A DNA stretch of 64,000 nucleotides from Octopus sinensis (GCF_006345805.1 NC_043008.1:71238001-71302000), one strand, 5' to 3'. Counted from the first letter of the stretch, positions 13,196-27,867 are shown. A program made the numbers and translations. The notes: generated by a model from the letters alone, not told the origin.

Positions 13196-14373
13196 AACAT
13201 AAATATTCATATATTAGCATACATATATTCAAGTATACATAGAGACGCACACGCATGCCTATGTAAAGCGTATGTATCCGCCCGAACGCACACAGTTTTC
13301 TCTTCCAATTTCTGATTCTGATATATACATGTGCATGTAAGTATGTATTATATGTGTCTGTGCGGGAGGGCGTGTGTATTTGTGTACATACATACGTACA
13401 TATATACATATATATTTATAAAGAATAAGACTGGTAGAAAAAAGCCGCGAAAGAGAGACGGAAACAAAAGGAGAGAAGAGACGCAGTGAGGTGAATGCAC
13501 TTGCTAATTTAAAAATCTATATATCTGTGTCCCGCAAATTACTGTTATTGCACTGACTGTTATATTCTTCTCACGATAATTTTTATATTTAAATTTGCTG
13601 AAATGCATGCAAGTTGATAGATTATTTAAAAACGATAAAATTATAGATTTTTATGTTCTCTCATAAAAAGGGTGAGTTACGTATCTGTAATGGAATGCCT
13701 TGGTCGTACACACTGCATTTTAATGGAACTTATCTGCACTCATAAATTGAAGTGTAACGTCAATGACCTCGTAATTTAAAACTGTCCTTGAGGTAAAAAC
13801 CTCGAAAATGTTGGTTTTCTGCTTTAACATATGAGAAATATACGAGCGGTTAAGGAAGAGATGATTGAATCGATGATATTATATTCCCCAGTCCTGTTTT
13901 GCGTATCACAGATTGATTAAAGATCAAGGATGATTTGAGACTGGGAAGCAGTATGAAATTGCGATGGTTGCGGGGCGAATGTGAATGATGATGTGATTCA
14001 AAGTATTTTCCATAAGTGAAAGGAACCAATAAATAGGATTTCAATCTTTATATTCTCTGCTCTCAAAGAATAAAGTACAATATCATTCCCAAACTTACAA
14101 GATGTACTTGTTAGAATTCCGCAAAATATTCTTCAACTCAGCTAGTGATGCTCTGCATTTTCATGGTCTCTGTCAGTCTGAAACACAATTTACATAAGTA
14201 TGTATGTACGTATGTATGTATGTATGTATGTATGTATGTATGTATGTATGTATGTATGTATGTATGTATGTATGTATGTATATATGTATGTATGCATGTT
14301 TGTATGTATGTGTATGTAAGTATGTATGTATGCATGTATATATTTATATCTATCCATACATGGATAGATAGAT

Positions 14374-14459
<86 letters not shown>

Positions 14460-14769
14460 TCCTATTTCTTCCTGAAGAGGAAGACACAATATGGTCTCCT
14501 TATTCAATCGGAATTTGGTAAATTGTGGCTTTCGAAACACGTGTAGAATGCAATAAAAGGATTTCTGTTCAATCTTCGTTCAACTCCATTTCTTCAATTC
14601 ACTAATAATATTAAAATTCAATTATCCGCACCAACGCACGGTTGCAACACCATATGGTTGTACCTCCAACCGTGCTTTCTTCTGCTGTGATTTTTGCTAC
14701 CAAGGTATCGGTTAAACTTTTGATTAATCTGCAACAAGATTATTCATCTTTCTATTTCACCAGATAGAT

Positions 14770-14868
<99 letters not shown>

Positions 14869-15344
14869 TAGATATATAGACAAATAGATATATCGTTAGA
14901 TATTTTGGTGCTGGTAGCCTGCTTATGTAAGTAAATAATTGTACCTAGTTTTTTGCAACGTTAGATCATCCGTAATATTTTGTCTTTTAATTATAAATCA
15001 ACATTATAAGTATGCTTTTGTTTCCGAAATTACTATTATTTAGTTACAAAGGTGCCGCACAGGAAAAATCGCTACAGCCTCGAATAGGAATGGTTAGCGG
15101 CTTTTTCTTCAGCTCTTTACGTTCTGATATCAAATCATCCCACTGAGGTCAACCGTGCATTTCATCCTTTAAAATACAGTACAAGCAAGTACTGTGATTG
15201 ATGTAATAGACTATTATCCACGCTCCTAAAATTGCTCTTTATGTGCTGAGTTCAACTTCTGAGGTAATCAGTTTTGATTTTCATACTCTCAGGATCGAGA
15301 ATATAAGTACCGGTTCAGTATTGGGGTCAAACCTGGAGCCAACA

Positions 15345-15351
15345 TTATTAC

Positions 15352-15415
<64 letters not shown>

Positions 15416-15492
15416 TTTATTATCATCATTATTATTAGTCTTGTTGTTGTTGTTGTTCTTCTTCTTCTTCTTCTTTTTATTATTATTATTAC

Positions 15493-15564
<72 letters not shown>

Positions 15565-15580
15565 CATTATTATTATTCAG
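15345..15580 (+). repeat. Compound (TTA)/(TCA)/(TTG)/(TTC) microsatellite
   Basis: Direct reading. Confidence 0.95.
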
Positions 15581-16328
15581 TATTATTTTTATCAATTCTT
15601 CCCAATGTGCTATCGATTCTGCCAGGTTACCACCTTAGTCTCCTCAATAACAAGTATTTCTAATTTTGGTACGAGGCCAGCAATTTTCAAGGAAGGAAGT
15701 TTGTTAGCATCATCGATCCTAGAACCTAACTATACTTTATCTTATCGACCCGAGAGGGATGAAAGTAACCCATGTAATAAAAAGAATCTTTCAACACTTG
15801 GGATTTAAATGAAGTATAACTATGGCTGGTAAGAATGAAGATATGCGTATGACCTGTTATTATTTTTTTTACCAGAGACATTGTAGTTTGTGAAGGAAAT
15901 CTATATATATAGAAACAGTATATTTATTTTGATGTATTTGTAACCACATTTATTTTTCTGTTGCCAAATACTTAAAGCTATCTCTAATTTCGACGTATAA
16001 TACTTAGAAATAAAAATGTCTCTAATCTTTAGAGTTGTTTGCTAAATTTAATACACTAAGATTATATCCTCGTTACATCAACGAATATTTGTCAATAGTA
16101 CATAGAGTTATACACATACATGCATACATACATACATGCATGCATATATGTGGCTTCGAAAATCTCAGTGTAGGTATGTGTACCTTTATGTATGCGCGTG
16201 TTATATGCATGCGTAAAAGTGTGAGTATATTAATCTGTTAGTTTTGATAGAACAATCCAAATGAAATTACATAAGTATGTACGAATAATACTGATAATAT
16301 AATAGTAATAATAGTAGTACTAGTAGCA

Positions 16329-16397
<69 letters not shown>

Positions 16398-18491
16398 ATA
16401 AAGAAAAATAAATGTATTTAACAGGGAAAGAAGCAAAAGGAAAACTAATAAAAAATGATAAAAGATATATTGTTTTCCTGTCCGCTAGAGTTTTATTACA
16501 TAAAACAGAAAGTTAACTGTAATTAAAATAAATGTTATCTTTGTTTTACTTTCATGTAAAAAAAATATAAAAATAATAACTTATACAGAAATATAGAAAA
16601 GGAAATATTATGTCTAAAACATCATTTTCGTACGAAAACAATATTATTTATTTTGTCATTCTTTTCCCTTCCTTTTTTTTTACATATATATATCTTGTTC
16701 TTTTGTCTTTTTGTCATTTGTGTTTAATGCTTGTTTTTGTTGTTTCGATAGCGTTTTGTTAAACTATTGTTTTAGCGTTTGTATATCTTGCCTCATTTTG
16801 TTTGTTTATAGTTTGCGCTTTTATTTCTTTGTTGTTTTTGTTTTTGTTTAGTAGGATACTTAGTTGTATATTTCTTTTCTGTAGGTTAACCTCCTCTATT
16901 GACGAAGTGAAACTGGAATCACCGGGAGATTACCACAATTTCAATGAGCTGAATTCTCTACGTACAATATTATGCGTTTCTTATCTTCCTAAGTGGTGTT
17001 CTACTTCTATTCTTTTGCTTGTTCTAGTCATTGGACTGCCGCCATAGTGGGATTTAGTCCATTTAAACGTTCCAAGTATTCATTTTATGTTTCATAGTTC
17101 TCCCAACGGACACTTTTTGTCAAATAGCTATGTTTGAGAGACATAAAAAACTATGCACCAGTTTTTAATCGCCTGATGTAACGCTGCTAAATCCTCACTA
17201 CATAATGCGAAAGATAATTATGGAAAACATTTGAAACAATTTTTTAACCATATTTTATGCTATCTGTTTGCAAATTAAGGGTCTTCAAATGAATATTGAA
17301 ACCATTTTTTTCTCTTAAATTCTGTGATTAATTTCCTCTGGCAATGCTGCTTTCATCGCATTTACATTAGACGGCTTCAGTCCTATTCAAATTACATTTA
17401 TATTGTATTGCATACAGAGCCTATATAGGTAGTTTGGGGATATAACATGCGAATGAAACATTTCAGAATGTGAGTGCCCATGAGAAAGCGAAGTGGGGAA
17501 AATTTTCACTGCCTTGATAGATAGGAGGCCATTACGACGTAAATATCCCTTGCCGATATTACTGACCACTTACATATCTCAGCTATATGTATTCAAACAT
17601 TGCAGAACAAAGCGTTAAGCCTAATCCAGGTATCTTCGACTATTAGAATTCACAATTTATTCACATCTGCATGGAGAAGCCTGTTTGAAGTGGGTGGATG
17701 GCTGCAGAAGACTGATGATTGTCTATGCATGCAAGTCTTGCATTGCTTCATCACTGATATTGCTTAAAAAGAATTGACGCTGAATTATGTCAGTACAAGT
17801 GTTTTTGCAGGCGTTGCTATGATAAAAAATGCACTTGAACAAAATTCGTTGAAAGGCCAGTCCAAGACGCTAACAATTCCACCAACCCACTGCCTTTCGT
17901 TTGTACTTCATATATATGAAACGATATTTGGAAAACTCTTAATATCGCTCTTCTCCGTCGGAAATATTCGTACCATATTAGGTTTCTCTACACCATGTTG
18001 ACTTCTTTCATTAGAACAAAGCTGTGTAGAAGAAGCTACACACAGTTTCTGTATCACACCTACACGTTTCATCTCTTCAAATATTCAGGAACCGCATAGA
18101 AGACTTTGTAGGTTTTAATTCTGAATACGGAAAAATGGGAATATGCGTGGTGGATTTAAAACATCACAGTGTAGTCTTAGACATTGTCACCAACATCTCA
18201 TTCATAGTGCTACAAGCTGCTGATTTACCATATATTGTGATCGTTAATGTGCATTTTATTCTGAAATAATGTCCCAGAATGTTAGTATTTTATAAATCAA
18301 CGATCAGGACTTAGTTTAATAATATGTGGGCGAATTGTGCTGCCACGTCGTGGCAAACGAATTACAAACATCACCCACACGATACTTCTTCCCATACATA
18401 TTAGTATCTTCCAATGTAAGTACGCTTACTTGATTCAAAGTAACATTAAGCAGAAGGAAAATTAATTGACGACACTTCATCATACATATAC

Positions 18492-18873
18492 GTGGCACTC
18501 CATCGGTTACCACGATGAGGGTTCCAGATGATCCGATCAACGGAACAGCCTGCTCGGGAAATTAACGTGCAAGTGACTGAGCACTCCACAGATACGTGTA
18601 CCCTTAATGTAGTTCTCGGGGAGATTCAGCGTGACACAGAGTGTGACAAGGCTGGCCCTTTGAAATACAGGTTCAACAGAAACAGAAAGAAAGTGTGAGA
18701 GAAAGTTGTTGTGAAAGCGTAGGGTAGGGTTCGTCACCACCCTCCGCCGGAGCCTCGTGGTGCTTTAGGCATTTTCGCTCAATAAACATTCACAACGCCC
18801 TGTCTGAGAATCAAAACCGCGATCCTACGACCGCACGTCCGCTGTCCTAACCAGTGGACCATTGCGCCTCCAC
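18492..18873 (-). mobile_element. Near full-length tRNA-derived SINE (~380 bp)
   Basis: Minus strand starts GTGGAGGCGCAATGGTCCACTGGTTAGG (A-box) then GGTTTTGATTC (B-box). Tail shared with the 11461 copy. Confidence 0.85.
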
Positions 18874-20587
18874 ACATACATCTACACTAATAAGAGGTTG
18901 TTCTAATACGAAACAAATTGTTCTGCATGACCTTCACGAATTTTCTATATTTTGAAGCCGACTTTAATTGAGCTAAGATCCGAATTTATCTTTAATAGAA
19001 ATTAGTTTAACTGTCATTCGTCAAGCGTCATTCATAGATCTGTTTAACTTCAGAGCACAATATTTCTTTAATAGACACAGGCGATGCATTATAATTTGAG
19101 AATCCGTTTAAGTTTGAACATTTGAGATTACACCTACACCGATTTGTACTAATTCAATGGAGTAATAGTGAAGACATATAATTGCGGAGTAGTAATGAAA
19201 CGGATTTAGACCTGATATTTCAATTTCTGTGCATATAACTATCGTAACTAATGTTAGTTTATTCCAATTCAAATGTCCCACACAATAACAAGGTAACGAA
19301 TCACTTTGCAAAATGTTAAAAAAGGAAATAGACTAGCTGATGAAAATTATAGCATTTATGCCAAAACCCGTAATCTGTAATGTCTCCATCATTTGCTAGA
19401 TTAATCTGAATTTGTACTTAGACTTCTGCAAGTAAATGCCGTGACTGAATGATGTTTCAGAGGTGTGCAATCTTTGGAGGGAGGTTGAGTAAATGGTATA
19501 GTGTGAAGTTTAGAAAATGAAACACAGGAGTAGTGACAATAGAGCTACGTTCACCGTATAAGTATAACGGGAAATTATGTAGAGTGCAGTAGTTCATAAT
19601 TTTTTTCATCACTTAATTTTTGAATAAGTACAGCCACTAGGACCTTTAAATCTCTGGAATTTACAGGAAGATATAACTGAACTAATTTCAGAATCATGCA
19701 ATAGACTGAACTCAGTTAAAGACGATCGGGTAGCCAAAATCACAAAGAAGCAATGCAAAAATATCTAAACCTATTTTTTTCGCCCTGTAGTGCAGTAGCA
19801 TAAAAGATTAAGAGAAGCAAATTGCATTCGTCTATACCGGAATCGATTCAGTAAATATCTGATTTTCCTTATAGTTGTTTATAAAGGAGTGTAATAATGC
19901 TTCCTATTTTTTTAATTTACTCTAACTCCAAGACTTCAAGGGGCAGAGATGAGTCATCGAAGACGTAAAGAACGACTCCCACTTCCTGTCAACCCTTTCC
20001 TACAATAAATGCCTCTAGATCGTTTATACTGCCATAGATCTGAACAAGCCCCTCAAGCACATGCACCCTTCGCACCTATCAGGATGAGGGAGGCTCAATC
20101 ACTTGCTATATATTAACTATTTGGATCCAAATTTATGTCGATGACTACGATGATGTGCAAGCGTGTTAGCAGCGCATATATCTAGATTCAGAAGATTAAA
20201 AGAACAGATGATTGCGCCTCCGCCCCCACACCAATGTGGGTCGTTTCATCTCAATGATACTTCTCATTAACAATGACAAATAAATATATAAGTAGCTTCT
20301 CAAAACGTGTCCTTTGAGAGAAATATAGTTTTAGATACAGAAATAATTAATTTTCAAACGCAGAATAATGCAAACAGAATAGCAGGAACAGGATATATTT
20401 TCGCAGGAAAATTTGCCAGAAAAAAAGCAAGCTTTGTTTATGTTTATGAATTCGTTTTGCAAAATTCCTAATGCGAAATCGTGTGTTGAAACAGATATTG
20501 TTCTATTTCGGGATAGTCCTTTTATTCTAATTTTTGTTTTGCCAAAATAACACACGCACTATATATATATATATATACATATATATT

Positions 20588-20877
20588 CTTCATTCATTTA
20601 TTACTGTTATTTTATTAATGTAACGCTTGTCCATTGTCAGAAAATCTTTTGTCACATATTTGTGACCCCTTCAGCGACACTTTTCGTTTCCGTGTGTGTT
20701 CTTACTCCATTTACTGCATTCTGTTCATACATCTTAGAAGAACAGAATGGAGTACGTGGAGCAAGAACACACACGGAAACGAAAAGTATTGCTGAAGGGG
20801 TCACAGATGTGTGACGAAAGATTTCCAGACAATGGACAGGCGTTAAAGTAATAAAATAACAGTAATAAGCGATGAAG
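20588..20877. mobile_element. Fold-back or MITE-like long inverted repeat
   Basis: ~135-bp arms (for example GTGACCCCTTCAGC..CTTTTCGTTTCCGTGTGTGTTCTT and its reverse complement) around a ~13-nt loop. Confidence 0.8.
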
Positions 20878-20910
20878 AAAAAAAATACTGCGTGTGTTTA
20901 TTTAGCAAAA

Positions 20911-20945
<35 letters not shown>

Positions 20946-21230
20946 AATGACCATCCTGAAATACAACAATATTTTTTTACTTTCATCGTAATTTGAATTT
21001 ATATTTTTGTTATATATACTAGCATTTCAAAGTCAGTATTTGTCACGAGGCATATTTGAAAATTAATGATTGGCAACAACAATATGTTGAGTACCGTTAT
21101 ATCTTTTTCAGCAAATGAAATCAGTTCACATCCCATGTCTGACGCATTCTTCGTGCTGGTTTACGTACAACAGTCTGTTATAGAATCCCGAACTACATAT
21201 TGAGAATGACCTATTAATATTAGTACAATT

Positions 21231-21428
21231 AAGGCGGCGATCTAAGAGAATAGTTTGCACGCCGAGCAAAATGCTTCATGTTCTGAATTCAAATTCCGCC
21301 GATATTGACTTAAACTTTGATTCTTCGGGGTCGAAAAAATAAATACAAACAGATGTCTGTGGTCGACGTAGTCGACTTACTGCAGCCACTAAATTCCTCG
21401 CCTTGTGCCAACATTTGATACCAATATT
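21231..21428 (+). mobile_element. Diverged tRNA-derived SINE
   Basis: AAGGCGGCGA...GAATTCAAATTCCGCC...CGGGGTCGA...GCCTTGTGCC. Confidence 0.8.
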
Positions 21429-21630
21429 GGTACGACATCTAAAAGTAGATATACAAGCTCAGTTCTATAAAATATTAGACTTCTGTGCAGAAATAAATCT
21501 CATGTTTGGCTATCACTTGTCTCAGAATCTCTTCTGAAACTGTTTTAGTGTATGAGGATACCATTATTAGTGACAAAATGTTTCTCTTGTGAAATCTGTT
21601 TTGCTTTTCTAGAGGAGTTTATGTAACATA

Positions 21631-22736
21631 TGAGGTCTGATCAATAAATATCCGCACTGGTGCTATAAAAAGAAAACTACAACACGTAACTATTTGGCGT
21701 TTAATGTCTTTCAAAGTTGTCCCCTTCGAAAGCCACACCTTCAATTTAGCGCTGTTACCAGTGATGGAAGTATTCCTGGAACTCGTTTTCTGGGAAAATC
21801 AACAACTACCTCGTCGCATTCACTCTGATTTCCTCGATGTCCTTAAATATTCCTTTCAAGCGAAATTTAAATTCTGAAAAGAGGAAAAAGTCACAAGGGG
21901 CGAGATCTGGGGAATACGGTGGCTGTCGGACCTGGGTAATGCTCTGCCTAGTCAAAAACCACTGCGCTGAATGAGCAGGTGCGTTGTAATGGTTCTATTG
22001 CTACTCACCGGACGCATGAAAATGTGGCCTTTTCCGACGAATAGTATCTGTAAACGCTGCAAAAGCTCACAGTAGCACTCCTTGTTTATTGCTTGACAAG
22101 GTGGAGCATCCTGATGATGGTGTCGTTGGTGTCGGAGATGTTGGGAGTCTCCCACTGCGAAGACTTGGCTTTTTCGAGGTCATAGCCATAGTGCCACACT
22201 TCATCACCCGTTATGGCTATATTCAAAAAGTTCTAATAGTTCTCGACACAATCAAGGAGATCTTGCGCAACTGAAACCCGAATGTCTTTTTGTTCAGCTG
22301 AAAGTAGTTTTGGCACAGACTTGGCAGACACGCGTTTCATATCCAAATCTTAAGTGATAATGGACAAAACTGAAACGTAACTAATCTGCACATCCTATGA
22401 TAACGTACACCTGGTGATTCAACGGTTTCTCATCAGAGCTGCACGCATATCTGCGATGTTTTTTCTCAGTTCTACTGGTTGGGGGTCTCCTAGAATTTTC
22501 GTCATTATCGACATTTTTCGGCCATCTTGAAACTATCTCTGTCGTGTTCAATGCGACGATCACACGTTATACACCTTCATTCCAAGCACTGTTGTAAACA
22601 GCGGAAGTGAGCTAGGACGTTAACACCTAGTGGACATGCACAAAAATTAAGGTTAATCTGTGCCAAGCGGCTTTACTCTGCATTGTTTAGCTTCATTACT
22701 ATGGTATCAGTCCGGATACTTACTGGTGAAACCACG
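21631..22736 (-). mobile_element. Degenerate mariner transposon
   Basis: Minus strand encodes QPPYSPDLAPCDFFLF (YSPDLAP at 21897-21916). Imperfect TIRs in TA context. Confidence 0.88.
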
Positions 22737-22890
22737 TATATCTTCTTCAATATTGCATATATTTGCTGCTATACATATTAGCTAATATATATAACATTCA
22801 TATACACCAACCTACTTACGTATATCTATTTACATACATGTATGTATATATATGTATGTATATATGCATATATATATATAGGTATGCATA

Positions 22891-23005
<115 letters not shown>

Positions 23006-23295
23006 GTGTGTGTGTTTGTATGTATTATACGTTGGTCGAGATATGAAGTGACTGGTGTCCTATAACAATACTCACACTTTTCAAATATGATATCAAATTG
23101 GATTTCAATTGGATTTATAAGACATATAGGAATCCACTAATGAAAAAGGGATTACCAACCATTTTCCTCACAATATTGCAGAATCAGTGGATATATATTG
23201 AGGTGTTCATAAGGTATATAGTAATACTGAGAAGAGAAATGAGGGCACCAGTTATACTACTGAGAAATGAATATCTATCTATCTATCTATCTACG

Positions 23296-23384
<89 letters not shown>

Positions 23385-23511
23385 GTTTGTATGTCTGTCT
23401 GTCCGTCTATCTACATATGATATGCACACACACACACGCACACGCACATATACATACATAAATACATACATACATACACACACATACGCATACACACAAT
23501 ATTTATATAAT

Positions 23512-23645
23512 AGGCGGAGGCCTGGCTGTGCTGTAAAAAACTTGCTTCCCAGTTTCATTGTTCTGAGTTCAGTCCAACTTCGTGGAACCTTGAGGAAGTG
23601 TCTTCTAGTATAGCCTCGAGCCGATCAAAGCCTTGTGAGTTTCAT
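23512..23645 (+). mobile_element. SINE fragment, second tRNA-derived family
   Basis: AGGCGGAGGCCTGGCTGTG...GAGTTCAGTCC...GTGTCTTCTAGTATAGCC. Related to 43880-44031 (-) and ~34424-34570 (+). Confidence 0.7.
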
Positions 23646-24154
23646 TTCGAAACCACTCTACATGTTTAATCAGCGTAGAGCGAGAGGTTGTAGGTTTTGA
23701 AGGTGGTTGTGTTAATTAAACCCGCAAGGAGTGTTATTATTTTAAGACAAATCAAGAATGTATACAAGAATTAATTCTTATTTTACATCACAGAGGAAAA
23801 ACAATATGATGCTTGTTGCAAGAAAGGGAAAACTACGGACTCAAGTAGTCTGTTTGATCTCGTCGGCGTAGAACAGTCTTAATCTGATTGTATATCTGAA
23901 TGTACATTTTTGGTTATAGACAAAGAATCCTGTATAATTCTGGCCACGATTAGTATATAAAACTTAACATTAAAATAACTAATGAAAATATGAGATGGGC
24001 TACTTCCAATAATGTAGATGAGGAGGACCAAGGGTAATGAGCATGACGTTCTCAATATGTTACTTATTTCTGGAATACCACTATGTATTTATGTGTATGT
24101 ATGTATGTATGTATGTATGTATGTATGTATGTATGTATGTATGTATGTATGTAT

Positions 24155-25366
24155 GCACACAGAGAGATTGATATGCAACACATTTTGAATTTTGAATGCA
24201 TTCTCTGATGCTTGCACTGCCTTAGGATTGACAGTCAATCTCAAGAAAACTGTTGTCATGCATCAACCTGCCCCTGGTAAGCAGTATAGTGTACCAAATA
24301 TCTATGTGCATGGTAAACGGCTTGATGCAGTTGATCAGTTTGTCTACCTGGGAAGCACTATTAATAGATATAGCAATTTGGATGATGAAATTCCTTATAA
24401 AATTAGGAAAGCAAGTGATGCTTTCGGAAGGCTAGAAAAGCGCCTCTGGAGTCGGCGAGACATATGCAGAAAGACAAAGATAAAGGTGTACAAAGCATGT
24501 GTGCTCCCTTCTCTTCTCTATGCCTGCAAGACGTGGGTCACATATCGATACCACCTTAAACAACTGGAACGTTTCCATCAGATGTGTCTTAGACGGATCT
24601 ATGGCATTAATTGGAAGGACCGCATCAGTGATCTTGAAATATTGGAAGGCTCTCGGTATGAAAGAACAGAAGCTCTTGTGTTAAAGCAAAGGCTCAGATG
24701 GAGTGGTCATCTGGTCAGGATGAAGGATTCAAGGATGCCAAAACAACTCTTTTATGTAGAGTTAGCTAAAGGAGAACAACATTCACATAAACCAAAAAAG
24801 AGGTATAAGGACTTGCTGAAGGCTTCCTTAAGAGATGCTTGCATCACTCCTGACACATTGGAAGGCATAGCTATTGATCGTAGCAGGTGGAGAACGATTG
24901 TGCATGAGGGGACAGCCACTTTTGAGAAATCTCGAGTTGCACATGAGAAAGTAAGGAGGGATGTCAGGAAGGGCATCGCTATTACACTTCCAGATTGGAA
25001 GGGTTTTCCTATGATGCTGACATGCAGTGTCTGTGCAAGACCCTGCCTCAGTAAATCTGGACTCAAGAGTCATCTTCGTAGTCATAAAGTGAGACAGATG
25101 AGTGACAACCTGGCCACTGGTGGTGGTGTTACACACCATACTAATCATATCTGTCAGGCATGTGGAAGAGAGTGTAATTCGACAGGACGACTTAAACGAC
25201 ATGCAAATGTACATGAAGCCCAGTTACAACTACAGCCGGCTATTACCGGTAAAGACATTGTAGATCTTTGGCTGGGCTAAAAAGTCACATTCGATCACAG
25301 TACCAGTAACAGTTAAGCTTCGTGGAATGGCCATACTCGATAACGAGGGGGCAGCCATAATAAAAA
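24155..25366 (+). mobile_element. 5'-truncated RTE (BovB-like) LINE flanked by (TATG)n
   Basis: RT C-terminal ORF with a short 3' UTR, and (TATG)n on both sides. Confidence 0.88.
24192..25280 (+). CDS. Partial RTE ORF (362 aa): RT C-terminus with two C2H2 zinc fingers
   Basis: GLTVNLKKT, FVYLGS, KASDAFGRL, LRWSGHLVRM, CSVC...HLRSH and CQAC...HANVH. Confidence 0.9.
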   Translation: MNAFSDACTALGLTVNLKKTVVMHQPAPGKQYSVPNIYVHGKRLDAVDQFVYLGSTINRYSNLDDEIPYKIRKASDAFGRLEKRLWSRRDICRKTKIKVYKACVLPSLLYACKTWVTYRYHLKQLERFHQMCLRRIYGINWKDRISDLEILEGSRYERTEALVLKQRLRWSGHLVRMKDSRMPKQLFYVELAKGEQHSHKPKKRYKDLLKASLRDACITPDTLEGIAIDRSRWRTIVHEGTATFEKSRVAHEKVRRDVRKGIAITLPDWKGFPMMLTCSVCARPCLSKSGLKSHLRSHKVRQMSDNLATGGGVTHHTNHICQACGRECNSTGRLKRHANVHEAQLQLQPAITGKDIVDLWLG

Positions 25367-25537
25367 TGTATGTTTGTATGTATGTATGTATGTATGTATG
25401 TATGTATGTATGTATGTATGTATGTATGTATGTATGTATGTATGTATGTATGTATGTATGTATGCATGTATGTATACACGTATGTATAGCTACATGCATG
25501 TCTACAAAATTATATATACATACATGAATATATAAAT

Positions 25538-25905
25538 CATGAAAGAAACAAAATAGATTTAGTACGAAGGATCAAAACGATCGTCTTGCTGAATAAGGAT
25601 TAGTTCTAAATCCATCTTCTGTTTCCTTTATCAATTCTAAATTCAACAAACACTGCGCATTTCCTGACGTGGATCCAGTAAAAATTATATAGTTACTGTT
25701 GAAAACATCAGGTAGCCCAAAAGGTGAATGTGCTTTAATTGACATATTAATAGACATATACCCAAATTTCAAGTACTCCGAAATACAACTATGTTTATAT
25801 ACCATATATGAAGGAAAGAGAAGATGGATTTAGTACAAATCTTTATTTAGCATGGCGATCGTTTCAAAACTTCGTACTAAATTTACCTTCTGTTTCTTTC
25901 ATTAG
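25538..25905. repeat. Diverged inverted repeat (~90-bp arms), possible old MITE
   Basis: 25558-25628 is approximately the reverse complement of 25811-25881 (AAGGAAA.AGAAGATGGATTTAG...CGATCGTTT...TTCGTACTAAA). Confidence 0.7.
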
Positions 25906-26290
25906 TGATATATCCATATTTGTGTGTGTGCTTTATTGAGATAAATATAGGTGTAAATTTGAATAATTCTTAATCCCCAAACAATTCCTTTTTTTTTTTC
26001 ATGCATCGAATGTGACACACACTTCTAATTCTTGCCGTCGTTTGTACAATAATCAGCGTCTGATCTTTTAGAAAATCGTGACCAACGGCACTGTTATGCA
26101 GGATTTGCAATATTATATAATACAGAAAATAAACTAGTAGAAGTTTGCAATCTGTTATTGCAGGTTAAAAGAACCTAATTCCAAAATCAACAACGTATGC
26201 CAACTGTATCGACAATTAAAGGTAATACTTGAAAAAACAAGGCAAAAAATACAACATAGAAAAGTATGGTGAATACTTATTTGATATATA

Positions 26291-26356
<66 letters not shown>

Positions 26357-27551
26357 ATGTATATATTTATATATATTTATGTATATTTATGTATATACAT
26401 TTATATATACATATATGTGTATGTGTGTATATATATATATGTATATATATGTGTGTATATATTGTTGCTAAAAAAGCATTCGAGTCATTTAATTTGTTGT
26501 TTGAAAATCTCAAATTATCATTGGTTATCGAAATACTCCCACTTCATAAAATGATTAATACAAAACAAATTTCGCATATATTCCATTTCAAATATCAGCT
26601 ATTTAAAAAGAAAAGCATATATCATATTATATTTTACTTTAATTTAGAGAACAGCAGAAATTAAGTATAATGGAAGCAGTTCAGAGATTTATGTTTTGCT
26701 AATTTTATTCGCTTCCTACATTCCTAAACCTGCCACGTGATATATATAATTGTGTTACGAAATGATGGAAAATATGCTGTCATCCAAACTAATTACCTTG
26801 ATGCATTTAAAAATTTTTAATAAAATTTCTCTATGTATTTATTTCTACCTCTCTCTCTCTCTCTCTCTCTCCCTCTCTCTCTCTCTCTTTCTCCCTTCTC
26901 TTTCACGTTACCTTCGTGTTAATCTATCTAAGCTTTATATCTATTCAGCTATTTTTTCTACATTCACTTTACGTTTTCTCTTTCTTTCGCTGTCTTTCTT
27001 TGTTTCTCTCCCTGTCACTTCCCATTTATTTTTTAAGATACTATTCTACGCAGTGAAACTCAAATAGATGTTATTATTTATGTATGCATGAATTTATGGG
27101 TGTTTGTGAGGAAAGTGTGTGTATGTGTGTGTGTATGTGTGTGTGCGTGCTTGTGTGTGTGTGAGGCAATGAAGTTTTTGTATTCTTTGTATTCCCATCT
27201 TTACCAAACAACAATTATGATTCTTGTGACCTTTAATGTCCATTATTGTCTCTAATTTATTATCTCTACACAACATTGACTTTTCTCAAATTCTACTTTT
27301 TATATCAAGTCTCTATACTGCCTAATATGTACAGCAACACCAACAGACACACAAGCGTGTGCCCACCACCCGCCACGCGCGCACACAGACATACACAGAA
27401 GTGTATATATATATAAGTATATATATATATGTATATATATATGTATATATATGTATATATATATATATATATATTTATGCATTAATGTTATGTATTAATA
27501 TTTATACGTACATAAATGCATACGCACCAACCGAGATAGTAGTTCGTATTC

Positions 27552-27583
<32 letters not shown>

Positions 27584-27584
27584 G

Positions 27585-27693
<109 letters not shown>

Positions 27694-27769
27694 ATATCTT
27701 TATTTCTCTCCCTTTCACATATATGTGTGAGTGTGTGCATGTGTGTATTATGCGTATATCAATAGTTAG

Positions 27770-27867
<98 letters not shown>

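Noticed and set aside
16885-16960. Plus-strand exon LTSSIDEVKLESPGDYHNFNELNSL
   Set aside because: Good acceptor but weak donor and no compatible neighbouring exon. Left unresolved.
17650-18300. Possible RTE reverse transcriptase relic on the minus strand
   Set aside because: Only vague motif resemblance, too degenerate to call without a search.
19628-19770. PLGPLNLWNLQEDITELISESCNRLNSVKDDRV resembling a CRE-type RLE C-terminus
   Set aside because: Weak similarity and no supporting upstream motifs.
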